From an uncultured virus (IMG/VR IMGVR_UViG_3300042346_000126) (Duplodnaviria > Heunggongvirae > Uroviricota > Caudoviricetes), in the IMG/VR virus record IMGVR_UViG_3300042346_000126: a stretch of DNA of 64,000 nt. The stretch is one strand, 5' to 3'. The notes under the pieces were generated by a model. That model was not told the DNA's origin, made no database searches, and saw nothing but the letters and a program-made list of their open reading frames with translations. Below, in pieces: positions 51,400-60,494 of the stretch; positions within the stretch are counted from its first letter, which is position 1, and each line of letters begins with the position of its first letter. The position numbers and the translations under genes were made by a program.

Positions 51400-51836
51400 T
51401 GCACACCCGCCTGACGTAGTGCTGTGATAGCTTTTGATAGAGACTCCATTGCCTTTTGATCGCCATTTCCATACCGATCGCATGTAGCGTATACGTCTAC
51501 AGCAGAATCAAGTGCCAGCTTTGCAGCCGCTGCAAGTGCGTCACGCTCTACCGACACACCCGCCTGACTCATTGCCGTATCGACTGAGGTGTCAACATCT
51601 TCACCGTCAGCCCACGCAACCCAATCATCAAGTCCGTCAACATACGTCATCACTGTTGCATCGTTGTGTCTACTGGATCGCAGCCAGCGATACCGAGATG
51701 CGTCGGCTGCGAGGGCGTCACGCTCTTTTTTGAGCGCTTCGATGTGCAGCAGTTGCAGCAACACGCCGCAGCGCAATTGCGCAATGTCAAGCTTGTCAAC
51801 ATCGGCGCGGGCTTGTTCTATTTCTTGTTCTGTCAT
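51396..51836 (-). CDS. Ead/Ea22-like hypothetical protein
   Basis: DASRYRWLR motif. Confidence 0.65.
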   Translation of the reverse strand: MTEQEIEQARADVDKLDIAQLRCGVLLQLLHIEALKKERDALAADASRYRWLRSSRHNDATVMTYVDGLDDWVAWADGEDVDTSVDTAMSQAGVSVERDALAAAAKLALDSAVDVYATCDRYGNGDQKAMESLSKAITALRQAGVQ

Positions 51837-51861
51837 TTAGTTATCTCCATTACTTGTTTAT

Positions 51862-52026
51862 CTACAACTCACCTCGAAGCAGGGCTTCGGCGTCTTCCCG
51901 TGCCCGCTTGGCCTTATACTCTCGGCGCTCTTCTGGGGTGCCGTCTGCAACTTCCGCAAGAACTGCCGTAAGCCAGCAGCCCGCAACAACGCCTAGGATA
52001 AGCATCACCCAGTAGCCGGGGCTCAT
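51862..52026 (-). CDS. small membrane protein (54 aa, not in ORF track)
   Basis: MSPGYWVMLILGVVAGCWLTAVLAE; ATGA coupling. Confidence 0.5.
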   Translation of the reverse strand: MSPGYWVMLILGVVAGCWLTAVLAEVADGTPEERREYKAKRAREDAEALLRGEL

Positions 52027-52205
52027 GTCGGGTATCCTTTGGACTTGTACTTGAGGAAGTCCAGTGACCCGGGGCGGGCTGGGATAATTTGGTCCCCATC
52101 ACCCGTTCTATATGTTGTGGCCTTGTAGTTACTCTTTGGCGGAGTCGCCTCGTTAGGGCGTTTGACCCGTGGGGCGTATGCTTCTGTCGTGGCAGTCTTG
52201 GTCAT
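52023..52205 (-). CDS. hypothetical protein
   Basis: RPGSLDFLKYKSKG; coupled. Confidence 0.6.
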   Translation of the reverse strand: MTKTATTEAYAPRVKRPNEATPPKSNYKATTYRTGDGDQIIPARPGSLDFLKYKSKGYPT

Positions 52206-52720
52206 TTCAATACTCCGGGGTATGAGGAATTGAGGAATGCTTCATGTTCATCTAATATTAGTTCGAGGTTAGGTGGCGTCCAGCCCTCGGGTTTCAGAAT
52301 TTTGCCATCCTCACGGCGAGTTACCTTGCCAGTAACCGGGTCTACCTTAGCGAAGTTAGAACGAACAACCTCTGCCCACCCCTCCTCCATAGGCCAGCCA
52401 AACGATAACCCTAGCCCGATCAGCACGACGATGGAGTCCAACACGGCATCAAAAGCTTCTACCTCATCACCCGCCTCAAGTGCCGCGCCAAGTTCGTTTA
52501 ACTCTTCGCGTACCAGATCAAGGTACAGGTTAGCCTGAGCCGCATTTTCTGTGGCGGTTGTTTGTCCGCAAGCCTGCATAAATGCCGCTTGGTCTTGGAA
52601 CACAGACCCTTTATATTGCTGCATATCCAGTCGTTCCGCCAGAGCACTAGCAAGCCCCTGCACATTTTGATTATCTGCCTCGCGGATAAGTTCTTCATTT
52701 GATAAGTTGTCGTAGATCAT
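52202..52720 (-). CDS. MazG/PRA-PH-like NTP pyrophosphohydrolase
   Basis: LVREELNEL...DAVLD...EVVRSNFAK...DGKILKPEGW. Confidence 0.85.
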   Translation of the reverse strand: MIYDNLSNEELIREADNQNVQGLASALAERLDMQQYKGSVFQDQAAFMQACGQTTATENAAQANLYLDLVREELNELGAALEAGDEVEAFDAVLDSIVVLIGLGLSFGWPMEEGWAEVVRSNFAKVDPVTGKVTRREDGKILKPEGWTPPNLELILDEHEAFLNSSYPGVLK

Positions 52721-52722
52721 AG

Positions 52723-53064
52723 TTACTCTTTTGTGAAGTCGATAAAGTCAATTAACGTCTGGTTTGCGTCGGTACGAAACCAGACGATGCAAGTCGGCGG
52801 CGCTACCGGGGGGCGCTGTAACTGCCCCCCAATAGTAGCCAGATTTATGATGGCTGAAAGCCAGTCGGGGCGGTTTTGCAACTCTCCTTCTAAGTTCTTC
52901 TCTTTGCCTGCGTCGCTCCATGTGCGCAGGGTATATAAGCCTCCTCGCTCCTCATAACGGTTCGAGCAGTATCCATCTTCAGGGGGCATATAAAAAGCCT
53001 TTACTTGGTATAGGGCGTCTAGGCGTTTAACTCTGGGCCAGTCAGCAAGCGTCTGCGTCTGCAT
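52723..53064 (-). CDS. hypothetical protein
   Basis: ATG at 53064 with GGAG upstream. Confidence 0.55.
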   Translation of the reverse strand: MQTQTLADWPRVKRLDALYQVKAFYMPPEDGYCSNRYEERGGLYTLRTWSDAGKEKNLEGELQNRPDWLSAIINLATIGGQLQRPPVAPPTCIVWFRTDANQTLIDFIDFTKE

Positions 53065-53944
53065 CTTCCACTCCCCAGTCGAAGGCGTCCAAGATAGCGT
53101 CCACCTTGCGTTTAGTCTCAATGCGAGTGCTGTCCTCTGTACGTAGTTCTTTGGGAGTAACACCTGTCATGGCATCCAACAGCTTGCTACGCGCCCGCTC
53201 CAGATCAGGGTCAGCCGTGACGTTCAGGGCGTCCAGCAACTCGCACAATTCCTCTGCATTGGACACGAGGGTATCGTGGAACTTACGCTTGGTACCGTCC
53301 TCCTCAATGACGAGTCGCTCACTGAGATTGGACAATACCTTATGCAGCCGGGTCCATGAGTCTTGAGTAGACTGCGCAAGCAATGCCTTGGACTTAGCCT
53401 CATACTGCGTAATGAGTTGCTGTTGTACCTCGCTTTCGATGTCCACCCGGAAGTCACCTGCAATAGGCAGGGGGCTGAACGAAGTCTCAATCGCAAACTT
53501 ACGGGCAATCTGACTGCCGGGCAGGTACTCATCACGGTCGAACAACGTACCCAGTTGAAACGCAGCCGCCGCCACGAGGGTGTCATACTTGACTACGAAC
53601 TTGTCCACGAGGAACTCGAACTCAGTCTTGCACTTGCCCATAGCCCCTTGGTACTCCAGCAGCAGCTTGGTAGGCAGCAGGCGCTGGCCGTTATCTGCCC
53701 ACGGCTTAGTCAGGCGGTAGTGCTCGGCACGTATGCGGGCTTGGTACTTGGTGATGTCGTCTAGCTCCTTGCAGTCAGCGAACAGCGATTTATACACAGA
53801 CGCGGCACGCTTAGAGCCTGAACCCTTGGCCGTGGTAACTTCCGCTTGTGTCTTGCGGTCTTGCTTACGGCCTGAGTAAACTTTGATGTTCAGGTCTACT
53901 AACATAGCAGCCCGTGCGATTCCGGCGATTGTTGTGATGCTCAT
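53042..53944 (-). CDS. DUF3150-like hypothetical protein
   Basis: HYRLTKPW..G.RLLP; LNVTADPDL; adjacent to the AAA/vWA module. Confidence 0.6.
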   Translation of the reverse strand: MSITTIAGIARAAMLVDLNIKVYSGRKQDRKTQAEVTTAKGSGSKRAASVYKSLFADCKELDDITKYQARIRAEHYRLTKPWADNGQRLLPTKLLLEYQGAMGKCKTEFEFLVDKFVVKYDTLVAAAAFQLGTLFDRDEYLPGSQIARKFAIETSFSPLPIAGDFRVDIESEVQQQLITQYEAKSKALLAQSTQDSWTRLHKVLSNLSERLVIEEDGTKRKFHDTLVSNAEELCELLDALNVTADPDLERARSKLLDAMTGVTPKELRTEDSTRIETKRKVDAILDAFDWGVEDADADAC

Positions 53945-53970
53945 TTGATTTCCTTGGTTGGTAACTAATA

Positions 53971-54444
53971 TTAGATTGCGTTGCTTACAGATGGCTTACT
54001 AAAAACAATAGCTGCGGGTAGCAGCAGAACGGCGGGGTGATGACCGCTAGCGGCCACTAGCCGAACGGCATCGGGGGGCATATCCAGAAATACTGCGCAG
54101 TCATCCCACGCTACGAGCGCCGCTATAGCGTACCGTGCAGCGCCCCGTGCAGCGCCCCGTGCAGCGCCCCGTGCAGCGCCCCGTGCAGCGCCCCGTGCAT
54201 CGTCCCGTGCATCGTCCCATGCAGCGTCCCGTGCAGCGTCCCGTGCAGCGCCCCGTGCAGCGCCCCGTGCAGCGGTCCATGCAGCGTACCATGCAGCGTC
54301 CCATGCAGCGTCCCGTGCAGCGTTCCATGCAGCGCCCCGTGCAGCGCCCCGTGCAGTGTGCCATAGCTCCGGGGTAGCCGCTAGTGAGGCCAGCACCCGG
54401 TCGATGTGCGCGGCGTTGGGTAAGTGTGCCCATGCGGTAGTCAT
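53971..54444 (-). CDS. AAxx tetrapeptide-repeat protein, copy A (~19 units)
   Basis: TAWAHLPNAAHIDRVL + 12-bp repeats + AALVAWDDCAVFLDMPP. Confidence 0.8.
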   Translation of the reverse strand: MTTAWAHLPNAAHIDRVLASLAATPELWHTARGAARGAAWNAARDAAWDAAWYAAWTAARGAARGAARDAARDAAWDDARDDARGAARGAARGAARGAARGAARYAIAALVAWDDCAVFLDMPPDAVRLVAASGHHPAVLLLPAAIVFSKPSVSNAI

Positions 54445-54483
54445 TTTTTGGCAGCGTCCGCTAGTTGTTTGATGCTGCCAAGG

Positions 54484-55074
54484 TTAGCCATTAGTTTCAT
54501 AATCTTCCTCTGTTTCAAAGGTTACGTCGTTGGCTGCGCAATGCTCGATGTATGCTTCTTCGCTAGTCAGGTAGTCTTCTTCGTTGCGCAGCATCGTGTG
54601 CAACTCGTTACCTAAGTCGTTGCAGTACTTTTGTATGGCGGCTTCCAAGTCGGCCTCTGCTTCTTGGCTCTCGATAAGCTCCTCCCACGTAGCTTGGTCC
54701 AGCCCCGAGAACATACCGGAAGGTGCAGTTTGGTTAACGTAGGAGTCATACGACACGCTCATATTGGAGTTGCGGGTAACCGACACCTTAGCCCTACCCC
54801 CATCATCTACAACCCCGAGATACAGCGCCGGGTACTTCTCTGCTAGTCCCGAACGCTCCATGAATACCGCGACGTTTACCCAGCCTTCAAACCCTGCCGA
54901 TCCGGGGATACTGAACGCAGTGTCCACTACCTCTACCCCTTTCGGGGCGCAGTCTTCTGTAAACATCTCCACCGTATAGTCCCACCATCCGTAGTCCAGC
55001 ACGTGCGCTGCCCATTTGAGGTATGCTTTGGTGAACCGCTTGGGGTCCGCGATCTTTAGTTCTGCTGCGTTCAT
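54484..55074 (-). CDS. hypothetical acidic protein
   Basis: WWDY...AGFEG...LRNEEDYLTSEE; AGGAG RBS. Confidence 0.7.
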   Translation of the reverse strand: MNAAELKIADPKRFTKAYLKWAAHVLDYGWWDYTVEMFTEDCAPKGVEVVDTAFSIPGSAGFEGWVNVAVFMERSGLAEKYPALYLGVVDDGGRAKVSVTRNSNMSVSYDSYVNQTAPSGMFSGLDQATWEELIESQEAEADLEAAIQKYCNDLGNELHTMLRNEEDYLTSEEAYIEHCAANDVTFETEEDYETNG

Positions 55075-55075
55075 A

Positions 55076-56236
55076 TCAATCTCCTAAGTGAATAGTCGTG
55101 CCGTATGGCGAACTAAGATTAGATGTGAGTGCCCACAGCGTAGGCCATGAGCTATTGCCGAAGCTACCTACGTAGCCATCACTGAACTGAATGATGGCGT
55201 CAGGGGATATCTGCTTGTCACGCAGGTAATCAAACAGAACGGAACCGTCTGTACCGCCACCCCCACGGGGCTTGAGGCTCTGTACCGCGAACAGCCCGTC
55301 CTCGAACACCTGCTCGCCACGTACCTCGGTATCCCAGTAGATAATGCGACACTTGCTAGGCTTGACGTCCTCGATGATGACCTTGATCTCGGACACGAAC
55401 CTTGCCATATCTGCGCCACCGAAGCACGAGCCAGAGGTGTCGAACCCCACCACGAGTTCTCGCATGGTATTACTCATCATGCTAGGCATATACACATCAT
55501 CGCCTATGTACCTGCGGTTGGGCTTGCGCCATGTGGACTCGTCGCGCCCCGCACAGGTCTCGGTTATGAAGTCGCGCAGCACCTTGCGCCAGTCAACCAC
55601 AGGCGTCAGCAAGTCACCGAATACCCCGGACTGTCCCTTGCTACCCTTGCCTTGCATCTTGCTGCGCATGATCTCGCCCTGACGCATAGCCCGGTCGATC
55701 TCCTTGCCTTGGGCCTCTTGCTCGGCTTCGCTGGGGGCACTGCCGGACTCCCAATCATGCTCGTCCATACCGCTACCCTCGCCGCTGCCCTCGTCCTTGG
55801 GTGGAGGGTCTTGCTTGAGCTTGTCGAAGATCATCGCCACGGACATACCACGGTACTGCGGGTCAGGCTGTACGCCTACCTTGGGCATCGTAATGAACCC
55901 CTCGCCAGCATCCAAGTCAACCAGTGACAGGTTATTGAAGTGGTCAGCCGCAATATTCGCAAGCCGGGCGTCGATAGCCCACAGGCTTTTCCATACGTGC
56001 AAGTGCCTATAGGCAACGTGTGTGGCTTCATGAAGAACTAAGAACCGAAGCTCTGAGTCCTTGAGCCCGTCAACAAACGTAGGGTTGTACATCCGATTCC
56101 AGCCGTCCGTACAGGCAGTGGGTATGTCCTCGGTCACGGTCACTTTGCCGCAGGCCAGCAGGCCGGAGAATACGCAGAACTTCTTGTGTTGCATTATTGC
56201 AACGTGGGCTTTCTTGATACGATCTGAACTGTTCAT
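55076..56236 (-). CDS. metallopeptidase (HExxH) + vWA-like protein (DUF2201-like)
   Basis: TACTDG, LHEATH, MIDAS DTSGS, GGGTD, SDG. Confidence 0.88.
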   Translation of the reverse strand: MNSSDRIKKAHVAIMQHKKFCVFSGLLACGKVTVTEDIPTACTDGWNRMYNPTFVDGLKDSELRFLVLHEATHVAYRHLHVWKSLWAIDARLANIAADHFNNLSLVDLDAGEGFITMPKVGVQPDPQYRGMSVAMIFDKLKQDPPPKDEGSGEGSGMDEHDWESGSAPSEAEQEAQGKEIDRAMRQGEIMRSKMQGKGSKGQSGVFGDLLTPVVDWRKVLRDFITETCAGRDESTWRKPNRRYIGDDVYMPSMMSNTMRELVVGFDTSGSCFGGADMARFVSEIKVIIEDVKPSKCRIIYWDTEVRGEQVFEDGLFAVQSLKPRGGGGTDGSVLFDYLRDKQISPDAIIQFSDGYVGSFGNSSWPTLWALTSNLSSPYGTTIHLGD

Positions 56237-56266
56237 GGTGTTTCCTTAGGTTGTGTGTAACTAATA

Positions 56267-56692
56267 TTAGATGGAGGGATTGAAAACAATAGCTGCGGGT
56301 AGCAGCAGAACGGCGGGTTGATGACCGCTAGCGGCCACTAGCCGAACGGCATCGGGGGGCATATCCAGAAATACTGCGCAGTCGTCCCACGCTATGAGCG
56401 CAGCTAAAGCGCCCCATGCAGCGCCCCGTGCAGCGTCCCGTGCAGCGCCCCGTGCAGCGTCCCGAACAGCGTCCCGAACAGCGTCCCATGCAGCGTCCCG
56501 TGCAGCGCCCCGTGCAGCGTTGTATGCAGCGTTTTGTGCAGCGTTTTGTGCAGCGTACTGTGCAGTGTCCCGTGCAGCGGTCCATAGCTCCGGGGTAGTC
56601 GTTAGTGAGGTTAGCACCCGGTCGATGTGCGCGGCGTTAGGTAAGTGTGCCCATGCGGTAGGCATGATTGCGTTTTTAATCATAGTAGTCAT
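56267..56692 (-). CDS. AAxx tetrapeptide-repeat protein, copy B (14 units)
   Basis: Same N- and C-terminal caps as copy A. Confidence 0.8.
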   Translation of the reverse strand: MTTMIKNAIMPTAWAHLPNAAHIDRVLTSLTTTPELWTAARDTAQYAAQNAAQNAAYNAARGAARDAAWDAVRDAVRDAARGAARDAARGAAWGALAALIAWDDCAVFLDMPPDAVRLVAASGHQPAVLLLPAAIVFNPSI

Positions 56693-56853
56693 TTCTTGCT
56701 CCTTAGTAATACTGACTGCAATTTGTAGGCATCCCTTGACGGGATGTTGGTTTGGCCTCGGGGGACGTAGGCTTTGCTGATTCGGTCAGGTGACCAATCC
56801 CTGTGCAGGGTGACTACGACTTGGCCGTTTGATGTGCGTTCTGTAACTAGCAT
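56689..56853 (-). CDS. small hypothetical protein (54 aa, not in ORF track)
   Basis: MLVTERTSNGQ...LLRSKK; AGGA RBS after palindrome; ATGA overlap with copy B. Confidence 0.55.
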   Translation of the reverse strand: MLVTERTSNGQVVVTLHRDWSPDRISKAYVPRGQTNIPSRDAYKLQSVLLRSKK

Positions 56854-56875
56854 GATGATTCCTATCTAATATTAG

Positions 56876-57931
56876 TTAGAAGAACTTACCGAGAGCAGCA
56901 GCCATCACCGTGAATGGGCGGCAACTGCATGCCATGCCTACCTTGGCCTTGTTGCTTGCCAGTGTGGTAGCGAACAGCGCCTTGGCCTCGAACGAATCGA
57001 AGCGATTGACGTACGTAATGATCGCGCCCAGCGTGTCTTCCTTGGCACGAGCGGCCAGACTGAAGGCCATCAAAAAATAACTTCCAGCGCCCTCAGGCAG
57101 CCGCGCCTTGTCGGGATCAGCGACGATACTTGCGAAGCTAGTCATGCCATCGGCCAGATGCACAAGGGCCTCGAGGTCACGGGCAGCAGACTCGCCCAGA
57201 GTACCGATCAGAGCGGGCAGCAGGGCACTACCTAACGAACTACGCTGCTTGATAAGGTTACTGGCTTTCTCCATAGACCTAGGGGAACAGAATGCCTTGG
57301 TGTTGCCCGTCAACGGGCTGAAGATGTATGGGTTTTTCTCGGCCTTGTCGATCAGGTCGTACCGCTCGAACACCTGAGGGAAGTCACGGGCAAAGGCCAT
57401 AACCTCCGGCGCTACGTCATTGTTAGCCGCCCAGCCAAGCCACTCGTCAACCGTAGGGTTAGCCACATCCAGCACAGTCATGCGGTTATGGGCATGCGCC
57501 GGGATGTTGTCGCCCACACCGTCAGTCGCAAGGTTAGTCGTGCCGAATACGATGCTGCCCACTGGCAGGTGAACGTCGCCCAGCCTATGCTCAAGGATAA
57601 CGGGCAGCAGCATATTGATGATAGGCCGCGCACCCTTGCCCAACTCGTCAAGCATCAGCAGCACCGGGCGATCTTGACCCTTGCCGATACCGAACCTAGC
57701 ATTTGGGGCGTAGTTGGTAACCATATGGTCACGGTCGATGACCGGCATACCGAGGTCACCGAGGTCAAGGTTAGCCACGTCGATGTAGCACGCCTGATAG
57801 TCAGGCATCTCACGGGCCAGCATACCGAGGAGGGCTGACTTGCCTACGCCGGGCTGCCCTTGCAGCAGAAAGGTATTGGTAGTGCCGCAGGTACGGATGA
57901 GAGTCGAAGCTTGATTGAGAGTAACTTGCAT
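56876..57931 (-). CDS. MoxR-like AAA+ ATPase
   Basis: GQPGVGKS, LMLDE, TTN, NR, SPRS. Confidence 0.88.
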   Translation of the reverse strand: MQVTLNQASTLIRTCGTTNTFLLQGQPGVGKSALLGMLAREMPDYQACYIDVANLDLGDLGMPVIDRDHMVTNYAPNARFGIGKGQDRPVLLMLDELGKGARPIINMLLPVILEHRLGDVHLPVGSIVFGTTNLATDGVGDNIPAHAHNRMTVLDVANPTVDEWLGWAANNDVAPEVMAFARDFPQVFERYDLIDKAEKNPYIFSPLTGNTKAFCSPRSMEKASNLIKQRSSLGSALLPALIGTLGESAARDLEALVHLADGMTSFASIVADPDKARLPEGAGSYFLMAFSLAARAKEDTLGAIITYVNRFDSFEAKALFATTLASNKAKVGMACSCRPFTVMAAALGKFF

Positions 57932-57955
57932 GATATTTCCTTGAGGTAACTAATA

Positions 57956-58342
57956 TTAGATGGAGGGATTGAAAATAATAGCTGCGGGTAGCAGCAGAAC
58001 GGCGGGTTGATGACCGCTAGCGGCCACTAGCCGAACGGCATCGGGGGGCATATCCAGAAATACTGCGCAGTCGTCCCACGCTATGAGCGCAGCTATAGCG
58101 TCCCATGCAGCGTACCGTGAAGCGCCCCGTGCAGCGTCCCATGCAGCGCCCCGTGCATCGTCCCGTGCAGCGCCCCGTGCAGCGTCCCGTGTAGCGTCCC
58201 GTGTAGCGTCGTATGCAGCGTCCCATGCAGCGTCCCGTGCAGCGTCCCGTGTAGCGGTCCATAGCTCCGGGGTAGCCGCTAGTGAGGCCAGCACCCGGTC
58301 GATGTGCGTAGCGTTAGGTAAGTGTGCCCATGCGGTAGCCAT
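57956..58342 (-). CDS. AAxx tetrapeptide-repeat protein, copy C (13 units)
   Basis: ATG at 58342 with AAGGA RBS; same caps. Confidence 0.8.
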   Translation of the reverse strand: MATAWAHLPNATHIDRVLASLAATPELWTATRDAARDAAWDAAYDATRDATRDAARGAARDDARGAAWDAARGASRYAAWDAIAALIAWDDCAVFLDMPPDAVRLVAASGHQPAVLLLPAAIIFNPSI

Positions 58343-58367
58343 GATGATTTCCTTGAGGTAACTAATA

Positions 58368-58778
58368 TTAGATGGAGGGATTGAAAACAATAGCTGCGGG
58401 TATCAGCAGAACGGCGGGTTGATGACCGCTAGCGGCCACTAGCCGAACGGCATCGGGGGGCATATCCAGAAATACTGCGCAGTCGTCCCACGCTACGAGC
58501 GCCGCTATAGCGCCCCGTGCAGCGCCCCGTGCAGCGTCCCGTGCAGCGTACCGTGAAGCGCCCCGTGCAGCGTCCCATGCAGCGCCCCATGCAGCGAGCC
58601 ATGCAGTGCGCCATGCAGCGTCCCGTGCAGCGTCCCGTGCAGCGTCCCGTGCAGCGTCCCGTGTAGCGTCCCGTGTAGCGTCCCATGCAGCGTCCCATAG
58701 CTCCGGGGTAGCCGCTAGTGAGGCCAGCACCCGGTCGATGTGCGCGGCGTTAGGTAAGTGTGCCCATGCGGTAGTCAT
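58368..58778 (-). CDS. AAxx tetrapeptide-repeat protein, copy D (15 units)
   Basis: Same caps. Confidence 0.8.
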   Translation of the reverse strand: MTTAWAHLPNAAHIDRVLASLAATPELWDAAWDATRDATRDAARDAARDAARDAAWRTAWLAAWGAAWDAARGASRYAARDAARGAARGAIAALVAWDDCAVFLDMPPDAVRLVAASGHQPAVLLIPAAIVFNPSI

Positions 58779-58803
58779 GATGATTTCCTAGAGGTAACTA
58801 ATA

Positions 58804-59166
58804 TTAGATGGATGGATTAAAAACAATAGCTGCGGGTAGCAGCAGAAAGGCGGGGTGATGACCGCTAGCGGCCACTAGCCGAACGGCCTCGGGGGGCATA
58901 TCCAGAAATACTGCGCAGTCGTCCCACGCTACGAGCGCAGCTATAGCGCCCCGTGCAGCGCCCCGTGCAGCGTCCCGTGCAGCGTCCCGTGCAGCGAGCC
59001 AGGCAGCGTACCGTGAAGCGCCCCATGCAGCGAGCCATGCAGCGCGCCATGCAGCGTCCCGTGCAGCGTCCCGTGCAGCGGTCCATAGCTCCGGAGTAGC
59101 CGTTAGTGAGGCCAGTACCCTGTCGATGTGCGTAGCGTTAGGTAAGTGTGCCCATGCGGTAGCCAT
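58804..59166 (-). CDS. AAxx tetrapeptide-repeat protein, copy E (11 units)
   Basis: ATG at 59166 with AAGGA RBS; same caps. Confidence 0.8.
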   Translation of the reverse strand: MATAWAHLPNATHIDRVLASLTATPELWTAARDAARDAAWRAAWLAAWGASRYAAWLAARDAARDAARGAARGAIAALVAWDDCAVFLDMPPEAVRLVAASGHHPAFLLLPAAIVFNPSI

Positions 59167-59191
59167 GATGATTTCCTTGAGGTAACTAATA

Positions 59192-59953
59192 TTAGATGGA
59201 GGTGACCGTGGTTGCAGTGGTCTCATACATACGAGACTTGCAGGCTTTCATAATCGCAGCCCAGCAGGACTTGGCATCGCCGCGTTCCATGCAGAACCGT
59301 GTCTGCGTCTTGTAGTCATACTGCATCTCAAACTTGAAATACTCGATGATCTCCGGCCAGCTAGGGGCAAGGTGCGCTGTGGTGAACGTCTCTAACAAAT
59401 GGTAGTGGTTGGGCACGTGGGTTATCCCACTGTCCGGGGCCTTGCATGAGGCATACAGCAAGGGGAACATAGCCTTGAACCCTGACGCCTTGATATCGTC
59501 AGCGAACTCTTTGGACTCTTGCTTGTTGATACCGTACCGCTCGAACGTCACCAGCGGGGTAGTCAGCGTACCGTCAGCGTCGAACTTCATACCGTCGTAA
59601 TACCTGACGACCCGCCCATCCTTGAGCGATATGCACAACTGAGACGTACCAAATACGCGTCTGCTATAGACGTAACGCCCCGCCAGTGGCGTAAACCGCA
59701 GTGCTACCCACACTGCTTTCTTGGTTGTTGGGGAGCCGTGCCAACCCGCCGTGTCCAGCATGAACGTCCCATCCTCATAAGCCTGCAGGATAGCCGTGTT
59801 GTGCATGATGACCGCCATGTGGTCGCTCTGCTGTACTACGCGGTGAGTACAGCGACCCCTGCGGCTACCCTCTACCGGCGCATCGCCCTTGTGGGCACCC
59901 TTGGTATATACATGCTTGTTCATGTGCATCGACAATGCCGTAAACGTATTCAT
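59192..59953 (-). CDS. hypothetical protein
   Basis: 253 aa ORF whose stop lies in the palindrome. Confidence 0.75.
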   Translation of the reverse strand: MNTFTALSMHMNKHVYTKGAHKGDAPVEGSRRGRCTHRVVQQSDHMAVIMHNTAILQAYEDGTFMLDTAGWHGSPTTKKAVWVALRFTPLAGRYVYSRRVFGTSQLCISLKDGRVVRYYDGMKFDADGTLTTPLVTFERYGINKQESKEFADDIKASGFKAMFPLLYASCKAPDSGITHVPNHYHLLETFTTAHLAPSWPEIIEYFKFEMQYDYKTQTRFCMERGDAKSCWAAIMKACKSRMYETTATTVTSI

Positions 59954-60440
59954 AATAATTCCATTAAGTTAGATAGAGTAACTAATCTTAGTTACCCAGT
60001 GGAGCATCCACTACATAGGACACGATGTGTGCCCTACATGCTAGGCGCTCTAGCACGGGCGGTTAGGCCCGTCAGAATCTTTGGTTTGTATGCTTCATTG
60101 GTACGATAGAGAGTGTCGGCGTGGCTTATCCCAGCGGTGCTGGTTCCACGTCCCTAGGGCTCATGCAGGTTTTCCCTGAGCGGAGCCCACCCATTTAAGT
60201 ACCTATCGTTTACATTGCACTGTGCTGTTACCACACATATGCAGGGGCTATACCCTACGCTTACTCGCCAAGGGAGACTCGCACTAGGCGAATCTTTAGG
60301 CTTCTGGATTGAACCAGCAGCAGCTTGCTTGCCCTCCCAACTAATATTAGTTGGGTAGACTTACGTCAGATTGTTAATGATGTGGCCCTAGGGGAATATG
60401 GTGCCTAACAACTCGAAGCGATCCTCAAGTCGATAAGTCG

Positions 60441-60469
60441 ATTGTATCATACTCTTGACCGCGTGTCAA
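60441..60469 (-). promoter_or_regulatory. strong sigma70 promoter
   Basis: TTGACA-17 bp-TACAAT with TGn extended -10. Confidence 0.8.
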
Positions 60470-60494
60470 GCTATTTCGGGGTAGTTGGGGGTTG

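Noticed and set aside
54101..59086. Cys-rich (GRCT)n and (QRPV)n ORFs overlapping the repeat genes
   Set aside because: Shadow frames of a stop-free 12-bp repeat. The AAxx frame has the RBS, the conserved caps and the coupled stop.
53971..59166. Diversity-generating retroelement as the source of repeat variation (fourth codons are NNC, as expected from AAC templates)
   Set aside because: No reverse transcriptase and no invariant template repeat in the window. Variation includes unit number and C/T changes at non-adenine positions.
57929..59202. CRISPR array
   Set aside because: The intervals are ~350-400 bp paralogous genes rather than unique short spacers. The PD-(D/E)XK nuclease is a common phage exonuclease and there is no cas operon.
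60290..60340. tRNA suggested by GGTTCAATCC on the minus strand
   Set aside because: I could not build acceptor, D or anticodon arms, and the loop is 6 nt rather than 7.
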